Assembly (NCBI GenBank): GCA_046759185.1 | Contig: JBHIBO010000002.1 | Coordinates: forward strand, 16,986 to 80,985 | Source: Thermoplasmata archaeon | Lineage (GTDB): Archaea > Thermoplasmatota > Thermoplasmata > RBG-16-68-12 > JAJISG01 | Reading direction: 5' to 3' | Length of the DNA stretch: 64,000 nucleotides | Part shown: positions 19,616 through 27,788 of the stretch, piece by piece | How the letters are laid out: each line of letters begins with the position of its first letter | Numbering within the stretch: position 1 is the first letter of the stretch | Made by a program: the position numbers and the translations under genes | Notes under the pieces: generated by a model | The model's input: the letters and a program-made list of their open reading frames with translations, nothing else | Database searches by the model: none | Told to the model about the DNA's origin: nothing

Positions 19616-20911
19616 ATGCGGCCCCGGATCCAGGGAACGGAACACGAATACACGTTCTATTCGCGCAAGATGAGCCAGATGGGGGTCGATCCCCATATCC
19701 TCGGACTCGACTTGCTGAAGGAGAGCGACCTCCACAGCGCCGGCGAGTGGACCCAGAACGGGTCGCGCGCCTACTACGACGTCGGCCATCTGGAGATCTC
19801 CACCGCCGAGACCACCAACGCCCGGGACGTCGTCGTCTGGGAGAAGGCCGGGGAGAAGATCGTGGACTGGCTCCGGAAGATGGTGGAGGAAAAGTACCTC
19901 GGGCCTGACGTGAAGCTCTGGGCGTTCAAGAACAACACCTCCCCCGACGGGACCTCTTACGGGAGTCACGAGAACTACTGCGTGTCCCGGGACCTCGTCT
20001 TCCCCGAGGCCTTCGCCCGGGAGCTCGTGCCCCACCTGGTGACTCGGTTCACCTACACCGGGGCGGGGGACCTCATCGACCGGAAGTACGTCTTGTCCCC
20101 CATGGCCTATCTGACCTCGTCCTTGGTCAGCGGGGAGACGATGCACTCCACGGGCGTGCTGAACACCCGGGACGAGCCCCATGCGCTGCCCCAGCGATGG
20201 CGTCGGCTCCACCTCCTCGTGGGGGATGCCCTGATGAACGAGACGGCCATCCTTCTGCGCCACTTCACCACCTCCGCCATCCTCGACCTCATGGAGGACG
20301 AGGCCCTGGGGGACGTGCCCCGCCTGGAAGATCCCGTGAAGGACATGTGGCACAACGTGGAGCACATGAACCCGGAGAAGTGGAGGATGACCCTCAAGGA
20401 CGGCTCCCAGGTCTCCCCACTGGATATCCAGCGCTACTACCTGGCGAAGGTGGAGGAGGTTGTGGAGACCGACGAGGAACGGCGGACCCTGCGCCTGTGG
20501 GAGGAGGTCTTGGGTGACCTTGAAGCCCGCAAGTCCAAGGAGCTCGCCTCTAAGGTAGAGTGGCTCGACCGCTACTTCGCCATCGAAGAGGCGGCGGAGG
20601 AGAAGCGCGCCTTCGAGGTGGAGATGATGGCGTGTAAGCAGTACTCCGAGGTCGGCCAGGATCGGGGCCTCTATTACAGCCGGCAAGAGCAGGGGTTGCT
20701 GGATCGAGTCGCTACCGATGAGGAGATTCTGGAGGCGGTGTACGAGCCCCCCACTAACACCCGCGCGGCCCTGCGCCGCCGCCTTTGTGACGAGTACAAG
20801 GTCGTAGCCATCGACTGGTCCTACGTCGTCGTCGACGACGGAGGGCGAAAACGGATCAACCTACCCGACCCGTATGAAACCGAGCTGGAGGAATTGCTTG
20901 TCCCAGCGTGA
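19616..20911 (+). CDS. PafA/Dop family (Pup ligase/deamidase) protein
   Basis: RIQGTEHEY, NGSRAYYDVGHLEISTAE, FKNNT..GTSYGSHENY, NTRDEPHA, RRLHLLVGDA, PPTNTRA, DWS. Confidence 0.93.
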   Translation: MRPRIQGTEHEYTFYSRKMSQMGVDPHILGLDLLKESDLHSAGEWTQNGSRAYYDVGHLEISTAETTNARDVVVWEKAGEKIVDWLRKMVEEKYLGPDVKLWAFKNNTSPDGTSYGSHENYCVSRDLVFPEAFARELVPHLVTRFTYTGAGDLIDRKYVLSPMAYLTSSLVSGETMHSTGVLNTRDEPHALPQRWRRLHLLVGDALMNETAILLRHFTTSAILDLMEDEALGDVPRLEDPVKDMWHNVEHMNPEKWRMTLKDGSQVSPLDIQRYYLAKVEEVVETDEERRTLRLWEEVLGDLEARKSKELASKVEWLDRYFAIEEAAEEKRAFEVEMMACKQYSEVGQDRGLYYSRQEQGLLDRVATDEEILEAVYEPPTNTRAALRRRLCDEYKVVAIDWSYVVVDDGGRKRINLPDPYETELEELLVPA

Positions 20912-21074
20912 AGAAAGACCCCAGAAGAAGAAAAAGAAGAAGGAAGTCAAGGTCGAGTTCGAGGCCGGGAAGGTCTTCAAGCCCAGCGAGGCGAAGGATC
21001 AGGACTTCGAGCTGGACCTGGACTCGGCGAAATTTCAAGCGAGAAAGGGAGAAGGAGGCGACCGGCGAACCTAG
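20898..21074 (+). CDS. Putative Pup/UBact-like small modifier protein (58 aa)
   Basis: TTG start behind GGAGGA, overlapping the pafA/dop 3' end; highly charged and probably disordered; near-terminal FQARKGE aligns with Pup (Y/F)VQKGG(E/Q) and UBact YRQR(S/T)G(E/Q), followed by GGDRRT. Confidence 0.65.
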   Translation: MSQREERPQKKKKKKEVKVEFEAGKVFKPSEAKDQDFELDLDSAKFQARKGEGGDRRT

Positions 21075-21138
21075 CACTATCGCTAACCCCCGTGCCTAGC
21101 CCCTAACCCCTACTCTTGCTGGTCATGGTAGGGCCAGG

Positions 21139-21240
21139 ATGCTTTCTCTTGACTATCTAGCTGGGTTCATTGACAGCGGACGGAGACGCCGAGATTACAT
21201 GACCGCCGGGGACGAGCCCCCCATCCGAAATCGGTTCTGA
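21139..21240 (+). pseudogene. Degenerate LAGLIDADG homing endonuclease fragment
   Basis: ATG 21139 reads MLSLDYLAGFID; removing one base (~21175) continues ADGDAEIT; region is more AT-rich than its flanks. Confidence 0.5.
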
Positions 21241-21406
21241 ATTTCAAAAAACGCTCTACCGAAGAACGAGAGGACTCAACGCTCGGGGGAGTAAGGCCCT
21301 GGGCGGTTAGAGGTGTCACAGCACTGTGCCTCACCCTCCGTGCCCCTTCAATCGTGCCGCCAAATCTTTATTGCTCAGCCTCTCCCTTGAAACCCGAGGC
21401 AGGCTC

Positions 21407-22186
21407 ATGGGAAAGTTCATCGAGTTTGAGGTGGAGGACGGCGTCGGCGTCGCACGCCTGAACAAGCCCCCCGCCAACACGTACGATTATGCGCTCATGC
21501 GGGAGCTGGACGAGATCATCGAGGAGGTCCGTTTCAACGACGACGTGAAAGTGGCCGTCCTCGGCAGCAAGCTGGAGAAGTTCTTCTCCGCCGGGGCGGA
21601 CATCAAGATGCTCCAGCAGAGCGATCCCGATTACAAGGCGATGTTCTGCCTGCATTGCCAGGAGACCCTTGTGAAGATGGAGAACACGCCGAAGATCTGG
21701 ATCGCGGGCATGAACGGCCACGTCGTGGGCGGCGGTCTCGAGATCGCCCTCTCCACCGACATCCGGTTCATGGGCGAAGACAGCGGCCAGATCGGTCTGC
21801 CTGAGGTCACCCTGGGCGTTCTCCCCGGAACTGGAGGAACGCAGCGACTGCCCCGTCTCGTGGGCCGTGCCCGGGCCTTGGATATGATGATCACCGGCAA
21901 AACCCTCTCCCCGGACGAGGCCGAGAAGATCGGGCTCGTAAACTACGTGTATCCTATGGATGAGCTGTGGGACAAGACCATGGAGTACGCGTCCCGACTC
22001 GCCAACGGCCCGAGCCGCGCCGTCGGCCTCATCAAGCGTTCCGTGACGGAAGGCCTAGAGATTCCCCTCAAGCAGGGCCTCGCTCTCGAGCGAGAGCTGC
22101 AAAACCGCCTTTTCGCAACGAAGGATGCCCACGAGGGGCTCACGGCCTGGGTGGAAAAGCGGAAGCCGGTCTTCGAGGGGCAGTAG
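21407..22186 (+). CDS. Enoyl-CoA hydratase/isomerase family protein
   Basis: FFSAGADI, GGGLE, GLPEVTLGVLPGTGGTQRL. Confidence 0.92.
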   Translation: MGKFIEFEVEDGVGVARLNKPPANTYDYALMRELDEIIEEVRFNDDVKVAVLGSKLEKFFSAGADIKMLQQSDPDYKAMFCLHCQETLVKMENTPKIWIAGMNGHVVGGGLEIALSTDIRFMGEDSGQIGLPEVTLGVLPGTGGTQRLPRLVGRARALDMMITGKTLSPDEAEKIGLVNYVYPMDELWDKTMEYASRLANGPSRAVGLIKRSVTEGLEIPLKQGLALERELQNRLFATKDAHEGLTAWVEKRKPVFEGQ

Positions 22187-22189
22187 CCG

Positions 22190-23132
22190 TTATGGCAATT
22201 GGTCCATCACGTGGTCGTGGATGAGTTCCATCGACCGCCGTTCCCACCCCCTGGCGAACGCTAGGATCAGGTGCTGCGCCCCCGCCTCAATGAACTTCTA
22301 CCAAGGCCGAGGCCATCCCCTCAGGCTCCCCGAGGTAGCCGCGGCCCCCGACGGCCCGGATGCGCTCCTCCGGGGCTCCGAGGGTCTGGGCGAAGCTCTT
22401 GACCATGTCGTCCACCTGGGCGGCCTCCGCAACGAGGCCCCACGTGAAGTGGCTCCTGCCCATCTGGGAAAAAACCCGGCCCTCGTCCCTTGCGAACCGT
22501 CGCAGGGTCTCCATGCGTTCCCCGTACTCCTCCGCCGTGGGGAACGCACCAATGTTCACGCCGTCCGCCCAGCGGGCTGCAAGACGGAGAATCCGGTTTC
22601 CGCGGCCGCCGACCCACAGGGGCGGCCCCCCGTCCTGAATGGGCTTGGGGGCACAGACGGCATCTTGGACGGTGTAGTACTCCCCGTCGAAGTTCGCCTT
22701 GTCCTCGGTCCACATCTTCCGCAGGATCTGTAGGGCCTCTCCCATCCGATCGACGCGTTCGCGGTCCGAGGGGAAGGGGTAGCCGTAGGCGTTGTATTCC
22801 AGCTCCTTCCAGCCGGCCCCGATGCCGAACTCCAGGCGGCCGCGCGAGATGACGTCGAGAGAGGCGGCCATCTTTGCGAGGAGGCTGGGGTTCCGGTAGG
22901 AGTTGCTGGTGACCAGGGGCCCGATGCGAACCTTCGACAGGTCCGTCGCCAAGGCGGACATCAGGGTCCAGCATTCCAGGCAGTCCGTGTCCACCGCGTC
23001 CGCATTGAGCATGAAGTGGTCGCTGATGTGGAGGGTCGTGAACCCGAGCTCCTCGCAGGCCCGGCCCGTCTCCAGGACCTCCTCGTAGGTGTACCCGAAC
23101 TGCGGCTCGATCTGGACCCCCAGGGTAACCAT
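22190..23132 (-). pseudogene. LLM-class (putative F420-dependent) oxidoreductase, frameshifted near 22300
   Basis: SDHF, YRNPSLLAKMAASLD.IS.GRLEFGIGAGW; ORF stops at 22287 but an alternative frame continues KFIEAGAQHLILAF...DQLP to TAA at 22190. Confidence 0.75.
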
Positions 23133-23215
23133 GGCCCCGGTACGCCGCCTCCGGCTTAAGGGTCTCTCGACCGGGCGTTGCGGTTAAGTAGCATCCCCGG
23201 CCTCTAATTGATGCC

Positions 23216-24382
23216 GTGCGGAAGGTCGCCGTGGTGGGGACCGGACTCACCCATTGGGGGGTCCGAAAAGCTACCCTGAAGGAACTCGCCCAGGAGGCGG
23301 GCAAGGCCCTCTTCGACGATGTGGACAATCTCCCGAAAGCGGAGGTGGACAGCCTCTTCGTCGGCAGCGCCCTGGCGGAACGTCTCGCCTTCCAGAGCTA
23401 CGTCGCCCCCCTGGTGGCGGAGCAGCTGGGCATCCAGCCGACGCGCATGCTCGCCCGGACGGAGCTCGCGTGCGTCTCCGGCCAGTCGGCCATCAAGATG
23501 GCCTACATGGCCATCGCCACCGGCCTGAGCGACATCGCGGCCGTGGTCGGGGTGGAGAAGATGAACCTCCCAGACATGGCGGAGACCCAGGCGAGCCTGG
23601 CCGCGGTCCTGGATCGGGAGTGGGAGGGTGTGGCCGGCATGACCGCGCCGCCTTACTTCGCCATGGTCGCCCAGCGCCACATGTACGAGTACGGGACCAC
23701 CCGGGAGCAGCTGGGCCTCGTCTCGGTGAAGAACCACCGCTTCTCGGCGACGAACCCCTACGCCCACTTTCCCAAGGAGGTCTCCCTCGACCAGGTGCTG
23801 AACTCGCCCATGGTCTCCACGCCCTTGCGCCTCCTCGATTCCTCGGGGATCACCGACGGGGCCGCTGCCGTGATGTTGGCGGGCGAGGACCGGGCCCGCG
23901 AATTCACGGACACGCCGGTGTACATCGAGGGCCTGGGACAGGCGGCCACGGGCAACCTGACGGTGAACCTACCCAGCCTCACAGAATGGCCTCAGATGCG
24001 CCGGGCGGTGGGGGACGCCCTCGACATGGCGGGGGTCACCATCCAGGACATGGACCTGGCAGAGGTCCACGACTGTTTCAGCATCTCAGAGATCATGGAG
24101 TACGAAGAGTTGGGCCTCGCGGAGAAGGGCAAGGGGGGCCAGTTCATCGAGGAGGGACAGTCGGATATTGGGGGCCAGTTGCCCATGAACACCCGGGGAG
24201 GCCTCCTGGGCTGCGGACACCCCCTCGGGGCGACGGGCGTCGCACAGGTCGTCGAGGTGGTCCAACAGTTCACAGGGCACGTGCCTCGCGAACGGTACGT
24301 GGGTGGCACATGGGCGCTGACCCACAACCTCAGCGGGAACGCGAACAACCACAGCATCCTGGTGCTCCACCGGGCCTCGTGA
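23216..24382 (+). CDS. Thiolase (SCP2-type/archaeal acetyl-CoA acetyltransferase)
   Basis: ELACVSG, GVEKM, KNH, EVHDCF, GHPLGATG. Confidence 0.92.
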   Translation: MRKVAVVGTGLTHWGVRKATLKELAQEAGKALFDDVDNLPKAEVDSLFVGSALAERLAFQSYVAPLVAEQLGIQPTRMLARTELACVSGQSAIKMAYMAIATGLSDIAAVVGVEKMNLPDMAETQASLAAVLDREWEGVAGMTAPPYFAMVAQRHMYEYGTTREQLGLVSVKNHRFSATNPYAHFPKEVSLDQVLNSPMVSTPLRLLDSSGITDGAAAVMLAGEDRAREFTDTPVYIEGLGQAATGNLTVNLPSLTEWPQMRRAVGDALDMAGVTIQDMDLAEVHDCFSISEIMEYEELGLAEKGKGGQFIEEGQSDIGGQLPMNTRGGLLGCGHPLGATGVAQVVEVVQQFTGHVPRERYVGGTWALTHNLSGNANNHSILVLHRAS

Positions 24383-24390
24383 GGGAGGAG

Positions 24391-24846
24391 ATGGGCGAGA
24401 CCAAGGCAGAGGGACGGGTTCCCTACCTCCTGGACTTCTACCCCCTGCAAGGGGAGGAGCACACTCGCATCCACCCCTTCTTCCAGCATCTGCAAGAGGG
24501 TCGCCTGACGACCACCCGGTGTACGGCGTGTGGGGAGGTCCTCTGGCAACCTCGTGTTGTCTGTTCCCACTGCAACGCAGACGAGATGGAGTGGATCGAT
24601 TTGCCCCAGGAGGGCGAGATCTTCGCCTTCACCTCCGTCCAGTTGGGTGCCCCCAAGGGGATGGAAGATGACCTCCCCTTTGTCGTGGGGATTGTCACGC
24701 TCAGAGGAACCGACCTGCGGATCCTCGCCCGCATCGACGGGGACGCGGAGACGCTCCGGATTGGCCAGCCCGTGCGGGTCCTGATCGAGCACCTCCCCGA
24801 CGGACGTGTCTGGTTCCGCTTCCAGGCCATGGAGGCGGAGGCGTAG
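24391..24846 (+). CDS. DUF35 Zn-ribbon/OB-fold protein (thiolase partner)
   Basis: CTAC...PRVVCSHC followed by an OB-fold; GGAGG RBS. Confidence 0.88.
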   Translation: MGETKAEGRVPYLLDFYPLQGEEHTRIHPFFQHLQEGRLTTTRCTACGEVLWQPRVVCSHCNADEMEWIDLPQEGEIFAFTSVQLGAPKGMEDDLPFVVGIVTLRGTDLRILARIDGDAETLRIGQPVRVLIEHLPDGRVWFRFQAMEAEA

Positions 24847-24898
24847 CGCCACCGGCTGCCGCACAAACCTCTTACCCGGCCTCGCCATCGCATCCTCG

Positions 24899-25672
24899 AT
24901 GTACGAGAACATCCTCGTCGAGCGGGAGGAGCCCCTGGCCTTCATCACGTTCCATCGTCCCGAGGTCCGCAACGCGATGAACCGGAAGACCAAGGAGGAG
25001 GTCCTGGCGGCCCTGGGGGAGCTGGAGGAGGACGAGGGGGTTCGCGTCGTCATCCTTCGGGGGTCCGAGGAGGCTTTCGTCGCGGGAGCAGACATCAAGG
25101 AGTTCGCCGACGTGCGGCCCATGGACCAGTGGGAGGACCGAAGGGAACAGGGGTTCTACGAGGCCATACCGTCCTTTCCCAAGCCCGTCATCGCCATGAT
25201 TCGCGGCTACTGCCTGGGCGGAGGGTGCGAGCTCATCCTAGGCTGCGATCTGCGCATCGCCTCCACCACGGCGAAGATCGGCCAGCCGGAGATCAACCTG
25301 GGCCTCATCCCCGGCGGCGGGGGGAGCCAACGCCTGCCCCGTCTGGTGGGCGAGGGCAAGGCCATGCAGCTGATCCTGTCAGGGGAACCGATCTCCGGCG
25401 AGGAGGCGAAGGCCATCGGCCTGGTGGAGGAGGTGTACCCGGACGCGGAGGTGGAGGAGCGCACCCGGGAGATGGCGCTCAAGATCGCAGAGAAGAGCCC
25501 CATCGCGTTGCGCATCGCCAAAGAGGCCATCCGGGCGGCCTCCAAGATGGGGCTGACAGCGGGTCTGGAGTACGAGAGCGCCCTCTTCGCCCTCCTGTTC
25601 TCCACGGAGGACAAGGCAGAGGGGGTGAAGGCCTTCCTCGAAAAGCGCAAGGCGTCATTCAAGGGCCGCTAG
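24899..25672 (+). CDS. Enoyl-CoA hydratase
   Basis: RPEVRNAM, AFVAGADI, GGGCE, GQPEINLGLIPGGGGSQRL. Confidence 0.93.
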   Translation: MYENILVEREEPLAFITFHRPEVRNAMNRKTKEEVLAALGELEEDEGVRVVILRGSEEAFVAGADIKEFADVRPMDQWEDRREQGFYEAIPSFPKPVIAMIRGYCLGGGCELILGCDLRIASTTAKIGQPEINLGLIPGGGGSQRLPRLVGEGKAMQLILSGEPISGEEAKAIGLVEEVYPDAEVEERTREMALKIAEKSPIALRIAKEAIRAASKMGLTAGLEYESALFALLFSTEDKAEGVKAFLEKRKASFKGR

Positions 25673-25836
25673 CCCTCGTCTTCCTTGAAGTGTTTCTCAA
25701 GGAGCATCATCTCGGGAATCATGGCCTGGCCGAGGAGTCGCAGGGTCTCCTCGTTGTGTACCTGATAAAGGTGATCCCGTGCCCCCGACCAGGTGGGGCA
25801 CTTTTCCTGACACACCTTGCAGAGCCAGTAGGGCAT
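25669..25836 (-). CDS. Small C2H2 zinc-finger protein (55 aa)
   Basis: Manual translation MPYWLCKVCQEKCPTWSGARDHLYQVH...; exact C-x2-C-x12-H-x4-H spacing; fills the intergenic gap and shares CTAG with the convergent stop. Confidence 0.7.
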   Translation of the reverse strand: MPYWLCKVCQEKCPTWSGARDHLYQVHNEETLRLLGQAMIPEMMLLEKHFKEDEG

Positions 25837-25942
25837 CCAACGCGGCTAGGGTTCGGATGGGATTAAGGTTTCAGCAGGGACCCGTCAAGGGACGGGAGAA
25901 CGCCTATGTAGCGGGGCGTCCTCCGACGCGCGGAGGCCTGCG

Positions 25943-26335
25943 ATGAAGTTCACGTTTGCCTACACGGGCATACGCACCCGAGACCTAGACCGGTCGATTG
26001 CATTCTATACCGACGTGCTCGGATTGGAGCTCTTCGACCGCAGCATCATCCCCCAGAACAAGGGGGAGCTTGCCTCCGTGGGGAACGATGCCAAGGGTCA
26101 CTCCATCGAGATCAACTGGTACGCCGACGACAGCCCTGTGGCCGGTCCCTACCGAGAAGGGGAGGAGCTCGATCACCTCGCCTTCTACGTGGAGGATTTC
26201 GAGGCGGCCGCGAAGCACTTGGAGGAGCACGGGTATCCCGTCGTCCTTGGACCCATCGAGAGCAAGAATTCCATCTGGGCCTACGTGAAAGACCCCGACG
26301 GCATCTACGTGGAGTTCTTCACGAGCAAGAAGTGA
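25943..26335 (+). CDS. VOC/glyoxalase family protein (copy 1)
   Basis: YTGIR..DLDRSIAFY, ELDHLAF, DPDGIYVE. Confidence 0.9.
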   Translation: MKFTFAYTGIRTRDLDRSIAFYTDVLGLELFDRSIIPQNKGELASVGNDAKGHSIEINWYADDSPVAGPYREGEELDHLAFYVEDFEAAAKHLEEHGYPVVLGPIESKNSIWAYVKDPDGIYVEFFTSKK

Positions 26336-26429
26336 AGGCCTTGATGGCCCCCTTGCAGTTCCAGGACGCCATGGTATCCCCACGGAAGCCTCCAAACTGT
26401 TTTCAGCCCGAACTCCCCCTGAGGCATTC

Positions 26430-26819
26430 ATGTCCCCGAAGTTCACGTTTACGTATACTGGCATTCGAGTGCGCGATATGGACCGCTCCATCGCATTCTA
26501 CAGGGGCGTTCTCGGGATGCAGCTCTTCGATCGAAGCGAAATGCCTGAAACCAATGGTGAGGTGGCAGCCCTCGGAACCGAGGGCAAGGAACACGCGTTG
26601 GAGCTCAACTGGTACGCGGATGATAGCCCGGTGGCTGAACCCTACCGCAGTGGAGAGGAGCTGGATCACCTCGCCTTTGCCGTCGACGACCTAGACGCGG
26701 CCCTAGCCTACTTGGAGAAGGAGGGCTATACGGAGACCCTACGACAGGAACGAGAAGGCGCGATCTGGACCTTCGTGAGAGACCCCGACGGAATCCACAT
26801 CGAACTCTTCCAGGCTTAG
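26430..26819 (+). CDS. VOC/glyoxalase family protein (copy 2)
   Basis: Tandem paralog with the same motifs (NWYADDSPVA, ELDHLAF, DPDGIHIE). Confidence 0.9.
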   Translation: MSPKFTFTYTGIRVRDMDRSIAFYRGVLGMQLFDRSEMPETNGEVAALGTEGKEHALELNWYADDSPVAEPYRSGEELDHLAFAVDDLDAALAYLEKEGYTETLRQEREGAIWTFVRDPDGIHIELFQA

Positions 26820-26865
26820 CCCCTGCTCATAAACCTTTATCCAAGCCCCTCCTCTCGACTGCGCT

Positions 26866-27720
26866 ATGGAAGGCTGGAAGGTCACGGACGTCCACGTCCA
26901 CATCCAGCCCTACGAGCTCGTGAAGCCCGCCGCCTTCGAGCTCTTCAAGAACCTCGGGAAAGAGGACGTTGGCTTCCTGCGCCGGTTGCGGAACGATCCC
27001 GCCCTCTTCATCCAGGTATTGGACGAGGCGGGTGTGTGGCGCGCGGGCCTCATCAACTACGTGGCCGAGGAGGTCCTCGGGTTCACGGAGGAGGTGAACG
27101 CCTTCTCCGCGAACTACGCGAAGGAGTACCCGGACCGCCTGTTCCCTTACGGCGGGGTGGACCCCCGCCGAGAGAACATCCAGGCGGCCATGGAGGAGCT
27201 CCTATCCAAGCACGAGGTCCGGGCCATCAAGCTCCACCCGCCCCATCAGCTCATCGCCCCTGACGCCTACCGCGGCGAGGTCAAGGGGCTGGAGGTCGTC
27301 TACTCCATGGCCCAAGATGCCGGCATCCCAGTTACGGTCCACACCGGGACCTCCATCTTCCCCGGGGCGAGATCCCGGCTGGGGGATCCGCTCGCCCTGG
27401 ACGACGTGGCCGTGGACTTTCCCAAACTGAAGCTCATCATGGCGCACGGGGGCCGTCCCCTATGGATGCAGGAAGCCTTCTTCCTCCTGCGGCGTCACGA
27501 CAACGTCTACCTGGACATCTCCAGCATCCCACCGAAGCGGCTCCTCGATTACTTCCCTCGCCTGGAGATGGTGGCCCACAAGACGCTCTTCGGCTCCGAC
27601 TGGCCTGGGCCGATGGTCCCCGGGATCCGCGCGAACCTGGACGACGTGCTCGCCCTCCCGTTGTCGGAGGAGGCCAAACGAAACATCGTCGAGGGGACGG
27701 CCCGGCGGGTCTTTAGGTAG
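26866..27720 (+). CDS. Amidohydrolase_2 family metal-dependent hydrolase
   Basis: DVHVH, KLHP, HTG, MAHGG, FGSDWP. Confidence 0.9.
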   Translation: MEGWKVTDVHVHIQPYELVKPAAFELFKNLGKEDVGFLRRLRNDPALFIQVLDEAGVWRAGLINYVAEEVLGFTEEVNAFSANYAKEYPDRLFPYGGVDPRRENIQAAMEELLSKHEVRAIKLHPPHQLIAPDAYRGEVKGLEVVYSMAQDAGIPVTVHTGTSIFPGARSRLGDPLALDDVAVDFPKLKLIMAHGGRPLWMQEAFFLLRRHDNVYLDISSIPPKRLLDYFPRLEMVAHKTLFGSDWPGPMVPGIRANLDDVLALPLSEEAKRNIVEGTARRVFR

Positions 27721-27788
27721 GCCCTTCGGGGCTGAGAGGCGTAGCCTCGCCCGGAAAGCTTTGAAGCAGCGGACCGTATGGGTCTACC

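Noticed and set aside
17912-20686. 924-aa minus-strand ORF spanning arc and pafA
   Set aside because: Antisense shadow of two strongly GC3-biased genes; no recognisable motifs
20908-21099. Alternative Arg/Ser-rich 63-aa ORF after pafA (GTGA overlap)
   Set aside because: Off-frame composition and no well-placed RBS; the 20898 frame has the RBS, host-like codons and the GE motif
21080-21112. Short CTAACCCC/CTAGCCCC repeats
   Set aside because: Only about three degenerate units with no spacers; not CRISPR or telomere-like at any meaningful level
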